Source: Neodothiora populina | Lineage: Eukaryota | Direction: 5' to 3' | Assembly (NCBI RefSeq): GCF_041146345.1 | Contig: NW_027191405.1 | Coordinates: 806,001-870,000, forward strand | Length of the DNA stretch: 64,000 nucleotides | Part shown: positions 51,045 to 63,222 of the stretch, piece after piece | How positions within the stretch are numbered: position 1 is the first letter of the stretch | Layout of the letters: the number at the start of each line of letters is the position of its first letter | Position numbers and translations under genes: made by a program | Notes under the pieces: model-generated | What the model saw: only the letters and a program-made list of their open reading frames with translations | Told to the model about the DNA's origin: nothing | Databases searched by the model: none

Positions 51045-52043
51045 ATGCCACTTCCGTTAAATGAGCGTGTCAAGGCTAGGCCGGACCCGGTCCAAGACGA
51101 AATCGACGAGTACGAGTCTGATGATTCCGCGCCCTCTGTCCTCGTGACGGGAGACGATGATGACGATAATCAAATCCTCACTTCTGGCGACGAAGACGAC
51201 GACGTCGACGACGACGACAATGACGGTGATGAAGATGCCCAGAACAAAATCAGCAGCATCTCTTTCGGCACCCTCGCCAAAGCACAAGAGTCGCTGTCCA
51301 AGAAGCGCAAGAGAGGATCAGAAGAGACGCCGCATAACGACGATAAGCTAGAGGCTTTGCGCGCTCGGTTGCGCGAATTGCGCGAGAGCAAAGGCTTGAG
51401 CAGCACCAGCAAACCCAAAAAGCAAGACGATTCCGAGGATGATGGCGAGAGCAAGGACGGAGACGAGAGTCAGAGCGACGACAGCGATGATGAAGAAGAG
51501 GATGGGCCCCCGAAATCAAGAAGCTCGAAGCACGCTCCTGGATCCCAGACCTCGAAGCGACAAGTCACCCGTAAGCGCACCGTCATAGATGCTCCCAAGC
51601 GACATGTCAGAGACCCTAGATTCGGGCCCATTGGCGGACGTCAAGACGAGGCCGTGGTCCAGAAGCACTACGCTTTCCTTAATGATTATCAAGAATCAGA
51701 AATGAACGAGCTCAAGGCAGCCATCAAGAAGACCAAGAACGAGGACGAGAAAGACATGCTCAAGCGAAGGCTATTGAGCATGGAGAGCAAGAAGAAGGCC
51801 CGAGAGAAGAAGGAGAGAGAGCAGGAGGTGCTCAGACAACATCGTAAGAAGGAAAAGGAAGCCATCAACCAGGGCAAGAACCCTTACTTCCTCAAGAGAT
51901 CCGACCAGAAGCAATTGGCTCTTGTCGAAAAGTTCAACAGCATGAAGGGCAAGGATCGCGAGAAGCTCATCCAGAGGAGAACAAAGAAGGTGGCTGGCAA
52001 GGAGAAGAAGATGATGCCGCAAGCCCGCCGGGTGACTGGTTGA
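51045..52043 (+). CDS. RRP36: rRNA biogenesis protein Rrp36 (DUF947)
   Basis: ISFGTLAKAQ, RSSKHAP..SKRQV.RKR, RDPRF, YAFLNDY, GKNPYFLKRS; acidic N-terminus. Confidence 0.92.
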   Translation: MPLPLNERVKARPDPVQDEIDEYESDDSAPSVLVTGDDDDDNQILTSGDEDDDVDDDDNDGDEDAQNKISSISFGTLAKAQESLSKKRKRGSEETPHNDDKLEALRARLRELRESKGLSSTSKPKKQDDSEDDGESKDGDESQSDDSDDEEEDGPPKSRSSKHAPGSQTSKRQVTRKRTVIDAPKRHVRDPRFGPIGGRQDEAVVQKHYAFLNDYQESEMNELKAAIKKTKNEDEKDMLKRRLLSMESKKKAREKKEREQEVLRQHRKKEKEAINQGKNPYFLKRSDQKQLALVEKFNSMKGKDREKLIQRRTKKVAGKEKKMMPQARRVTG

Positions 52044-52726
52044 ATGGAATCCATCAATCCAGCGACAGAAACATTGAAACTCGACTTAAATATACCCCTG
52101 ACATCAATGGAAGCCATTGTTGCGTTGAAAATCGATTAACACCTATAAGGTTCAACCACTTGAAGGCAAGTGCGAGCTTCGATCGAGCTGTGCAAAGCTT
52201 CGCCCAAAAATGCGACCGCAAAAGAATTGTGTCAACTATTCGTCTAATTTTCCATTATGCCACCAACACAAGCACTAAAAGCCTAATTTGGCACGCTTAA
52301 AAACTTTACCATCCCCATTGTTTCGACAACACTCGTGGTCCAGGAAACTGCGGCCATCCAATAATATATCGATGAGCGACTGACATGGGCAGAGCGGTCG
52401 AGGATGGATCCCTCCGACTGTTATGGTATGTTGTATGGTCACTGCCACTACCTATTCGCATTCTCTTTCTTGGATATGCAGTGCCCGATTACGCATCCAT
52501 ATAATTACTTCCGTTTGCGGCAGAAATGATAATTTAGGTAGGGACAAAGCCAACAAGTTATGCACATCCCAAGATGTCTGTAAGAGTATTTTCTTTGTCT
52601 GATTCATTGCCATCTCTATTATGATAATTTGTCTTCGTTGCCCAAGGCTTTTCCACTCTCCACCCACACTCGACAGACGAAGAAAAAGGCAAGCTATTGC
52701 AATACACAGTATCATACTTCGTGGCC

Positions 52727-55166
52727 ATGGATACACTGCAACTGCCACCCAGCGTGTACGGCCTACGCCCCCCTATTCGCGAAAGAGAAAGAAGCAGAAG
52801 CATAGAGACAGATAGTATATCTATGAGTACTTTCTCTCGCTCCACTGAAGCGCAGAGACACCATTCCCCTTCACCTGGCTTACCACAATGACCGCAGCCA
52901 TCGAGACCCGGCATTGTGACCCGACCGGTCTTAGCGGTAGCAACCCTGGCAAACCTTTCCTTCGTGACAGCATACAATACAATCAGTATAACCACAGCCC
53001 TGCCCTATGTAAAGATGTCTGGAACTTCCGTCCAAGGATTCTGGATAGCGCTATCGTACATTCTGACCGATGCCATCTTTCAATCCCTCCTTGCCACTCT
53101 ATCATCATCTCTGGCCAGGGGACGGATCCTGTTCATTTCCGCCATCTTTGTGACTATAGGCTCGGTTGTGACAGGCACAGCACACAACATGGCAGCTATG
53201 ATCGCAGGTCGTGTGATCCAAGGATTCGGCGCTGCAGGATGCAATTCGCTTTCTTATATTCTGCCTTCGGAGAGCCTTTTAATTGAACATCAACGTCTGT
53301 ACACCGGTATCATCGAAGGTACGCGGACTGTTGGGTTCATTCTCGGAGGACTTGTTGGCGCGGTCTTTGCTCAGCACACTTCTTGGGTATGTGTGATTAT
53401 CACGTCTTGCTTTTCGCGAAGTTGTTCCCTGGCTTGTTCTGCATTCTCGTACGCCCCAACGATCAAAGTGGCATACTGACAACATACTCTGCACAGCGCT
53501 GGATATTCCTATTCAACCTGCCCTTCTGTGGTGTCGCGCTTTTACTCGTCCCGTTCGCGCTTAGCCTAAGGAACGTGGCAAGTCCTCAGCCACTGCTAGC
53601 CACCATATACAAATTGGACCTCATCGGCACGTTGCTCTTTGCTATCAGCTTCACTCTGTTCCTCATCGCTATGACAGGGGGAGGAATTGCATTTGCCTGG
53701 AAGTCACCGTCCGCAATATGGCTAATTGTGTTGGGCATATTGGGTCTTCTGATCACCGGAGCCTGGGAAGTTGTCGGAGCTTCTGAACCTTTCATGAGAC
53801 ATGTGAGTTGTAATGATTAGAATTGATGTGTGTGTTCCTTGTGTCTAATGTCACATTTAATAATAGCGACTTTTCTACCGACGTGTCGCTAAACTCGGGT
53901 ATCTGAGCACTTTCATCCAGGGCTTCGTGGTGAGTAGTCTCTCCCTTTCCTCACTTTCATAGGTATATCTAAACTGTATCGCTGCAGCTGTATCCTCAAA
54001 TTTTCTTCATACCACTCTACCTTTCAGCGACCCATTCTACCACTCTCCGACCCGTCGCCATCGCAGCGAGCCTTCTGGCTCTGATGATCGCCATTGTGCC
54101 TAGCTATGTACTTGCAAGCAGATATCTCAGGATCCCAACCCCGACGGCAGTACCTCTATCTTCCCGCTCTGTCCTACAACGTATCCGATACAAGATAGTG
54201 AACACCGTCCTCCCTCTACCACTCACTCTTCTCACCATAACCACTTCTCGTCTCCTTGCTCTAACATCTCGATTCCCTGTTGCCCTCCCAGCCGTCCTCC
54301 TCATCATACTCGGCCTGACGCACGGTCTCCTTCTCTCAAGAACCGAGACGACAATCCGTCTCCACGCCAACAACGCAGACATGACCCGTTCCGTCCTGAT
54401 GAGCAACTTCATCCGCTCAGCAGGCCCATGTCTCGGCCTCGGGCTTTCTGTCTCAACATGCCTCAACACCTTGAAACACTCGCTCTCACAACATAGCGCA
54501 GCAAACTCCCAAGACCAGGAAACCATCGTCACTTTAGACGCACTAGCGCCCCATGCCCTCGAGTTACTCAGTAGTCTACCCCTGATCCCTGAAACATGGG
54601 AGTCCAAGGTCGTAATTGTGGACGCTTACTCTCGCGCCTGCAGGGCTGTCTGGGTGTTACTGCTCGCCGTATGCGGGAGTGTATCGTTTTTCGTCATTTG
54701 CGTCCTTTTCTCGACCAAGACGAGTTTCGTAGTCGGCGGCGGACCACAACAGCGGGAGCAAATGAAGGCAGAAACGACGACAACAGAAGTGCAAAGGCCA
54801 GGAAACATCAGTCGTAGACACGGGCAGCAGGAATCGCCGCGGGTCCCACAAGACGCGTTCATTGCAGGACCGGAATACAGGAGCTCGACTGCGTTCGGTA
54901 TACACAGGGGGTTTCGAACACAGCAGAGACCCGGGTCCAGATTCATGAAAGACGACGACGACGATGTGAAGTTCGTCTATTTGCAGTCACACACTACTGC
55001 TGCTCTGCCGCGTTCTTCGACGGCAACGGACAAGCCGACGGCAAAGACAAGGATGATGGGTCGTGAGGCTGAAGATGAAGATGAGACGGTAAAGACGCTG
55101 GGGAGAAAGAGGAACAAGAGAGTGAGGAACACGAGCATGTTCTTCGCTCGGCATCCGATGGATTGA
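52727..55166 (+). CDS. Divergent MFS drug:H+ antiporter (DHA2-like) with an in-frame TGA at 52889-52891 (possible pseudogene or recoded gene); introns ~53387-53496, ~53803-53866, ~53930-53987
   Basis: ISITTALP, WIALSY, GR.ILF, IAGRVIQGFGAAG, GGLVGAVFAQHTSW|RWIFLFNLPFC, LDLIG, TGGGIAFAWKS, FFIPLY. The three downstream introns keep the frame. Confidence 0.78.
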
Positions 55167-55637
55167 GGGGGCCATGAGGATGATGATATGGATGGTCGAG
55201 TACCCATTCCTCAAAGTCAGGTGTGATCTAAGGCTTGGGCGTGAGGGATGATACAGCACATGTCTTATAATCGGCATGTTCATGGAATTCAAGGACAACA
55301 ACATGGGTCTTCTTCAAGATACGAGAGCAGAGCAGAATGTTGTGCCGAAGCCGAATGTGGAATTTGAATGGGTGGGTATGTCCATATTAATGTAAGATGT
55401 ATATGTTAAAAACAAGAAGTCTGACCATCCTCCAGGCCTCATTATATAACAGAAAGGGAAAAAGATGAAAGCGCTAATTCGTGAAGATGCAAAAGAACCA
55501 GGAGAAAACTGAAAAAGGGAAAAGTTGGTAAGGGGACATGTTCTGAATGTAAACAACGTCGCGGGTCGTCACCTCGTTCTCGTCATTCGAACGACTTTTT
55601 TTTCTTTCTCCCTCCTTCTTCCCTCGTCAATCGTTCC

Positions 55638-56572
55638 TCATTGCTCGTCTTGCTCCTCATCCTCGGCAACGTCGTCTTGCTCCTCATCCTCGGCAACGTC
55701 GTCTTGCTCCTCGTCGTCGTCTTGCTCCTCGTCGTCGTCTTGCTCCTCGTTCTCGTCTTGCTCGTCGTTGGCTTCCTCATCTCCTGCCTCCTCGTCAGCA
55801 CCCTCAGTCGCCTGCTCGTTGTTCTCCTCCTTGTTATCCTTTGCGGTCTGCGAGTCCTCCATGATAGGCTCAACGCTATCACGTCTAGGATCAGGGATGG
55901 CCTCCTTATCGAGGCCCCACTTCTGCGTCGTGAGCAGGATGTCAACAGCGAGCTGGCCGTTCTTGCGCAGCGCCTTGTCCCAGACGGTCGGGATGCCCTG
56001 GTCGCCGAGGACAAGCATGCGCGCGACACTGCTGATGAGCAATTGGCGCATCGGGCTCTCCAGCTCCGTGTTGGCATACACGTACTGCACGCGGCGCAGA
56101 GCCGGGTACGTGTCCGTGTCCTTGTAGAAATTGCGCACCGCCTCGAGCGACGACTTGGTCAGGCCTGCGATGGCCCATTTCTCGCTCATGAGGTAGAGCT
56201 CGAAGAGGTTGGTGAGGTCTTTTTCCTCGCGGGGCACGGGCACGGCGTCGCTGTAGAGCCATGCTACGAAGAGACGGAAGGGCTCGTCCTCGTCGTCGGG
56301 CAGGCCGAAGGATTGCGACTTCTTGGCGTCTTGGTCCTTGGACGACTCTGTCGATGATGACTTGCCGTAGAAGATGTTGCGGAAGAACTTGCTGCGGTTG
56401 CAGAGGAGTTTCTCGTGGAGACACCAGTGCGTGTTCTCTGGTCCGACGTAAATGTCGACCATGTCCCTGGTGAGGAGCCTAAGGGAGTATTTGTTAGCTT
56501 TGCTTGTTTTTCCTTTAGCGTATGACAGTGTGCTACTTACTCATTGAGAGGCTTGTCCTGGTATTCGGCCAT
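55638..56572 (-). CDS. BTB/POZ domain protein with acidic repeat tail; intron 56479-56540
   Basis: MVDIYVGPENTHWCLHEKLLCNRSKFF, LPDDEDEPFRLFVAWLY, LYLMSEKW; E/D-rich C-terminus. Confidence 0.88.
55641..55770 (-). repeat. Coding minisatellite: 18-bp (EEQDDD-type) and 27-bp (EEQDDVAED) units
   Basis: tcgtcttgctcctcatcctcggcaacg x2 plus tcgtcttgctcctcgtcg-like x3. Confidence 0.85.
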
Positions 56573-57887
56573 CGTGTTCACTAGTTTTCAGAGAAAGAGA
56601 TGTTGGTAGTACAGAATAGAGATGACAATTAATATATAGTCGGGGTTTGAGGGCTCTTGAAGTCCGATATGTATATCACTTGAATAGCAGCACCGACGAG
56701 AAGTGTGGCAAGGCAAGCTCGAGGAGAAGATGAGGCGCAGGAAATGTGTCTTGATAAGAGCTCTGAAGAGAGGAGGAGGCAGAGGACAGGAGGCTGGTGA
56801 AAGAACAGGGATGCGGCATAATGCCAACTACCATAATTGATTCATCGCGTTACGCGTGCTGCATCTTCCTCTCAATCGCGGCCACCACTCCCCTGACCTC
56901 ACTTCTCCTATCCCTGTTTTTGCTGGAGCTGCCAACCTCTCCTGCGGTCGTGCCGTGATTTCATGCATGTAAGCCACGCTTTTGCTGCAAAACGACGTCA
57001 CATTGACGTAGTCCGGCTTCAGCATCCCTTTTGTGTGCTTCATCGTCGGTCTTTCACGTGGGGCGGGAGCCATACCCCGGATTTTCATGACTCAATATTG
57101 TTGCGTGCTGTGCTTTGTGGCTGGCGGCTTCACAGTTCGTTAAATCAACTTCACTAGAAGGTATCGCACTCTGATAGGTATTAGAAATGACAGAGCGTGC
57201 ACAATGCAACTATATTGCACTTCTTGAAATATCTTAATCATTGCGTTCCTTATTCAAGAGAATCAAATCGATCTGCAAAGGGGGTCATTGTTAGTCTTAA
57301 CATGTGGCGAGCGAACGTCTAAGACTTACGCGAACGCGAACATGGCATAAGACTCGAATCGCGATACAAAGGCGAAAAGTGTATCGCCGCTTTTCGCATA
57401 AAATCGGCACATTCACCGTGCTGCTCACAAATGCCCAGCAGATTTCAGCAGCAGTCGTGTCTTTCATGACCCAACCCATAACAAAGGGCTAGAATCGATC
57501 AGCGTCCCGATTATGTGGGAGGAGTTGGATGTCCTGGACTTGTGCGATCATGACCAATGAGATGAAATGCCAAAGACCATTGTAGGATCACAAGTCCTAG
57601 GAGCCTCTCTTGGTCATGCTGGATCCTCGGCAGCAGTAACAGTATTCCTACCGACGCCTGCGCATCTGCCATTGGGCGGCACATGGGACTCTATAAGGCT
57701 CCCGAGCCGTGATAGCTTGTAGGTGGATAGCCCGCAATACGCTTGATTGATGTATGATCATGCCCAAGTGAATCGAGGACTTGACTCTATCATGCTGAAC
57801 CGGTCCCATGGGTATTCTGTCGACTAGGCCGGAGTGACAAAGGTATACTGGCTTTCTTTCCAAGCGTTTATTAGACTTCATTGGCAT

Positions 57888-59068
57888 TCATCTCATGGAC
57901 TTGCGGACGCTCTGCGAAACGTTACCACAAATGTTATCCCAATCGGTCGAGCTTTTGCTAGAGTCTTCGAAGTCGGGGAACAGAGGAGGACAACCTGCTT
58001 GCGAAGTCAAGACACAATCGCCCCAAGCAATCCAACGACGCAGCACTGGACCATACTCGCGCGCAATCTGTTCGAGTCCGCCGCGTGCTTCGACCATGCT
58101 CTTGAAAACCGGCAAGTATACGGATCTCACTACCTCATGCTGTCCAAAGTACATGGCTATGCACGCAAGAGATACAAGGGCTACGATCGACGAATTGCTA
58201 GTGGCCTGCTGAGGCTTGGTCATTGCGGTGTTCAAGGTCTCCTGTGCCTTGGTTTGAAGGATTTGGGATAGTCGTGGCGCCTGACCGGGCGAAAGAGGAT
58301 GCGTGTCAGGTAGCACAGCTGCAGAAAGTGCCAGGACAGAGTAGAAAGCTGCTGGCTCGCTACTGTTGACGCTGGCCACCAGGGGCACATTAGCGAATGC
58401 TACGACCGTCGCCTCATCCCATCCGTGACTGATCTCTTTGAGCCAGTTGGGATTGATGTATGTGTTCCCTGCAATGTCCAGATTAGTTTCAATTGGGAGA
58501 TGACTTCGCCACCGAAAAATACATCATCGTCAGAAGTGTACTCACAGAACTCTATGAGTGATCCAAAAACGGGGTTCCATGGTGCTGGATACTGATTGAA
58601 AGGATCGCTGGCGTTTCCCACCGTAGACCAGAGCGGGTACTCTTCAAGTAGCACCGTCTCGAAATAGTTGATTCTGCGAGCATGTTTTTGCACACTTTGT
58701 CGCTGTCCGGCTTCGGTTAAGCACGAAGACGGGGCGTTGCTGTGTCTTGACTTGGCTCTATCGATCCTGTGAGGTGCTGCTGAGGTTAAGGTGTTGTCAG
58801 CATGGTTCATGTTAGACGAAACTTATGTTGCTCGCCACTCAAGACACGACTGCTTACCGATCTGACTTGTGATGTTTCGTGAAGTATTTTGCTGCGCTTT
58901 AGATTCTTTCCGTTTCTGTTTTCGTACTGTCCATCCACTTCGTGCAGCGTGCGATCTGATTTGTCGTGAAGTGGATGCAGTGCTTGATGAAGATTGATCA
59001 TACAGCACGAAGCGCAATTGGCCACCTTGAGCATCGTTCCGAGAAGAAGAGCCGGGGCTTCTCGTCAT
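57888..59068 (-). CDS. Fungal transcription-factor-like protein lacking a Zn cluster; introns 58780-58857, 58469-58545
   Basis: N-terminal LRFVLY...RQIRSHAAR motif, DPFNQYP, C-terminal MVEARGGLEQI..WGD pattern. Both introns are canonical and restore the frame. Confidence 0.7.
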
Positions 59069-60103
59069 GGTATGATAAATAGTCGGATGGATCCAACCGA
59101 TGTTCGAAAAATGATAGTAAGACGTCGAGGTCTATGGGCAAGATAGCAGGATGGCTGGTCATGTATATCAAGAGAGGAAGAGCAAGATACTAATGATACG
59201 GATATGTGGCTCAGCTTTTCGATCTTCAAGTGAACCACACTATCGGTGAACGCCAGCCAACAGTTCTGGCTTTGATTGGTCGCTGTACATTACCCCAAAA
59301 CAGATAATACTCGAGTCTTGTTGTTTCGACAAGCAGCAGGGTCTCCAAAATACATGCCCGATTTCGACTCCAACGCCAATCACCAAGCACCGGAGCCGGG
59401 ACCGCGCTGCAGTCTCCGAGACAGCGGTTGAGTGTAGGATGATTTACCGATCCTTCGTTTACCGCTTGAGCGACACTCGGTCTTGACAGTCCGTGAGTCT
59501 GCAATATCCTTTGCACACGAGCAAGCGCGAGCGCATAGGGCTAAATAGCTACTGTATGACCCTCGAACCAGAGTGGCGGACTTCAAGTACCTACCTCTTT
59601 CAGGACAGTCTAATGCTTAGGGCTGATGCATCGTGTTTGCGCTGCAGATCTATGTACGTGTTCAGCAAGATATGCCGAAGCGTTTCCCCTCACCTTCTCC
59701 CGTTGATGTTTGGTAGGAATCCCCGGTGTACAGCTGGAACATGGAATATGGAATGGCATCCCACGGCCGCAGCTTGCTAGAACCAGCGCCACCGTCGACC
59801 GCCACCTAACGGCTGTCACTTTTTGTGAAGGGCCTTTCGCCATTGCGACCCTGGTCCGAGGATGAGCAGGCTTGCTAGCCAAAAGTGTATATTTCACCTA
59901 GGATGTTGTTAAAGCCACGTGAGTGGGATTAGCGCCTGCAATTTAGTATTAGCGCGAAGCTTATTGTGCTGTGGGTAAGACATTGCGTATGTGCGTTATC
60001 CGCACCGTTCATCGTGAGCAAGCTCATTTATCAAAACACGGGGACTCTTTCCAAGCCGATGAGCTTTTATCCGACAGGAAAAGTAAATCAAGACTATTTC
60101 CAG

Positions 60104-63100
60104 TCACAGGCCCCATGCTATCGCCAAATTCTCCATCTGAACCGGGTCAGTAATTGCGAGTTGTCGAAACGCTCGACTCGCCGCTCGCATTCTACTAGTG
60201 TTGATAAAGCTCCCAAGACCGCCTTCCGTGCTTGTACACAGCAGGCGCTCAAGGACGCCGTCATCGCAGGGTCATCCAAATACGACGCATTGTAACCCCC
60301 GTGCTTTTCAACTCGACGATTTCATTCCCGCGTGGGCACTATTTCGATGCGAGTCCTGGTGGTAGTTCTTTCCAAACTTGACTTGATCTCTGGGAGCAGG
60401 TCAATGTTCCATCACGTCGCCTCCAACGATCCGTGCTCTTGAGTGTTTGTCACCTATGTTGTGGACCATGGCGCTTGATCCAATCCTTGAAGCACGTGTA
60501 GCATTATCGAAGCCGACATCAGCACAGATATCCAGTATGATATTGGCAGCCTGGTCAACGAGAATCCATCTGAGCTTTTCCAAGGCGTGAAGACCCGCTG
60601 GTAACGCCTTCATAGTGGCAGCACTGCGGATCAGATTAGGAATCACCTCATTTGCAGACCATGCGCTACCCTGCCCTTGCGCAACAATTACTTTTGTCGT
60701 CGGACCTACAATCGGATCAAATCTGACGATCTTGGTTGGCGACATGCGTTCGTTGGTTCTAGCGGCCATGTCTGACAGACGCTCGGCTAGCCATTTGCTC
60801 TGCGAATAGCCCCGTCTAGAGGTGAGGAACACAATCTTCGAGCATGCTTTCAGACACAGTCTTCGACGTATTGTCGTAGCACTCTACAATTGCGAATGAG
60901 CTCGAGATGAACACAATCTGTGGATCTTGTTCAGCGGTAGCTGCAAAGTCTATCAGTCTGCGAACCTCGGCAATATGCCATTCATTGCTCTCACCGGGGT
61001 CACTGCTATGGGACTTGGAACCCTGTAGGCCATGCAGTGTGAATCATCACGGAGACTTGGCCCGGTAAACATGCATATGTGGACAAGTCTCGAAGACTCA
61101 AGTATCTACGCCTAGGAGGATAACGACGGGGCATGAAGGTCACTTTGCCGAGGTCCTGCTCGCCTGTTCAAAGCATCTGCAGATATTCTTCGAGAGTGCC
61201 AGGAAACCGACATAGGCAGACTACATGTTCATTCTTAGCATCTCGAAGCAGAGCTTGAAGGGGATGTTTGCCCAGAAACCCTGTCAAGCCTGCCAGCATG
61301 ACAGTATGCTGTGATACTTCTGCCATTCTCATAGGCCTAGAGTATATTGATCGTAGTGTCAGTTTTATCTCCGTATGCACCACACGGTCTTTCCTCCAAG
61401 CACTCTCGTCTGCAGCAATGATATCCTCGCCATGATGACGGAAGGCAAGGCTACCTGGAGTTCCGAAAGATCTCGACTCTGTTACAAAATGGTGGCCTTA
61501 CTTTCATTACTACTGATGGAAGTGGTGTTCTTCTCTAGCGCGGCATTGATCAAACCTACGAGCTGGGCGGCATTCGAAGAATCAAGACCATAAGCGAACC
61601 GATCTGCTTGTCGATCAAGCGATTACCCTGTGTTCAGAGTGCTGGAAATTATGTCGACTAATATGCTTTGAAAGTTGTCAATACACCTTAGGTTGATATC
61701 AAGTCGCAGCATACCGCCATCATGACCATATTTCCCATATATGGCATCAATGTTACGCTTCGACGACTCCTCTATCAGAAGGTGGCGTAGTGTACCTTTT
61801 GGCGTCCTGGCAGAAGGTCGATTTGTCATCAAGACAAGGTGTATGTCTGCAATTGCGCGTTAGCCCTCTCAATCAGGGGTCATATGTGTTAAAATGCGAT
61901 TGTCTGGTTTGATGTCCGGTTCGTATACACGAACGACCAAGGGTGACTGGACGTGTCCTTACCCAGCGATCATGGCTTCAGTAACGTCGGGGTGGGTCGT
62001 CATGAGATCCTCTGTTACCGAGGGCGAGAATTTCTGTCTATTGGTTAGTGTAATCACATCATTCACACGACTTCCAGACTTTCAGACTTCTACAGGCCTG
62101 GCTTATGAGGATACTCAGAGAGGACTTTTGGCGTGATACTCGTCAAGATCTGGCAACACCTCCAATCCAGGTCGTGGGATCCCACTACGCGAACGCTGGA
62201 TGTTTAGCTCACGTATACCATCTTTTCCCACAGGAACGAATCTAGCCCCGGGTGAAATATTCGGTACTCTCAATCGACGTACGTTTCGTCGAGGGCGAGC
62301 TCGGGTAACAAGCCAGTCTCAGTCGAACCATATATGGAAAAGCTCGACTTGTACAGAGCATGAGCTTTCACTTACTCTCTTTGGCATGGGACCAGAGACA
62401 CAACAGATGGTTGTCTCCTTCTCCAAGCATTGAGCTGTTGTCGCGTTTTCGCATAGCGCCTTAAGGATGCAGGGACCGGTACCATATGGGTCTGCCCGTT
62501 CTTGTATGATGCAGCTGCCTACCACATCTGTTGTGACGGGCACATCACGAGCAGTAGCAATATGGTCGCCTTGAGCAACAGACTCCTCATGAGAGTGAGG
62601 TGAACCAAGCCGGCATAATACAGCGGGCCGGTTTAGAGACAGTGGACCCCTCGTAGTAAAGGGGAGAAGGCAAGGAAATCATCGTCAGAGAGCTCCCAAC
62701 GGAGAAATCCCTCGTAGGCATAGCAGGAAAGCGGCAGTGTAATTGGCATAGGCTCGACAGCTGTGCCGGACGTGTTAAGGATTCATAACAGAGACCTCAA
62801 AGTTCCGAAATGGTCGACCCCTCATTGGGTAGTGCGTCTGTCTATCCTCGACTGTTCTTGTTTGGTGCAGATGACTTTGCGGCAGCCGCTCCCAGCCAAC
62901 AGAATGCATTGCGCAGAGCTATCTTTCCTCGTTGATGGAAGGAGTAGCCTGCATTCCACTTTTAATGCCGCAATGATCAATATCAGATATAGACTCTCTG
63001 TCGCACTCAAATATGCAACTCTCGTCGAGGTCCGCCAATCCGCTTGTCAATTCCACCAAGCAGCACTGTTGACGACAGATCGAGCTGGCTATAGCTGATG

Positions 63101-63222
63101 TCCCCGTAACGGATCTTCGAGACCCCATTGCTCTGGGATGGATAATCATACTCCGTCGGGGTCTTTCCGAACAAGCTTCTCAACGATGTGCGGCAAGAAT
63201 TGCTTCCACGCTGTTGACACAT
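60104..63222 (-). pseudogene. Decayed NRPS-like adenylate-forming reductase (A-T-R, carboxylic-acid-reductase type)
   Basis: Ordered relics spread over several frames with stops: FLPHIVEKL (N-terminus), GSTVSKP (A3-like), LPDLDEYHAK, RVNDVITLTNRQKFSP..HPDVTEA, RTPKGTLR..IDAIY (A10), FAYGLDS (T domain), TVMLAGLTGFLG (Rossmann), GYSQSKWLAE, C-terminal ..AWGL* at 60104. Confidence 0.88.

Noticed and set aside
58823..58825. Apparent in-frame TAA splitting the TF-like gene
   Set aside because: It lies inside a canonical intron (GTAAGC..GCTGAC..CAG, 58857-58780) whose removal restores the frame.
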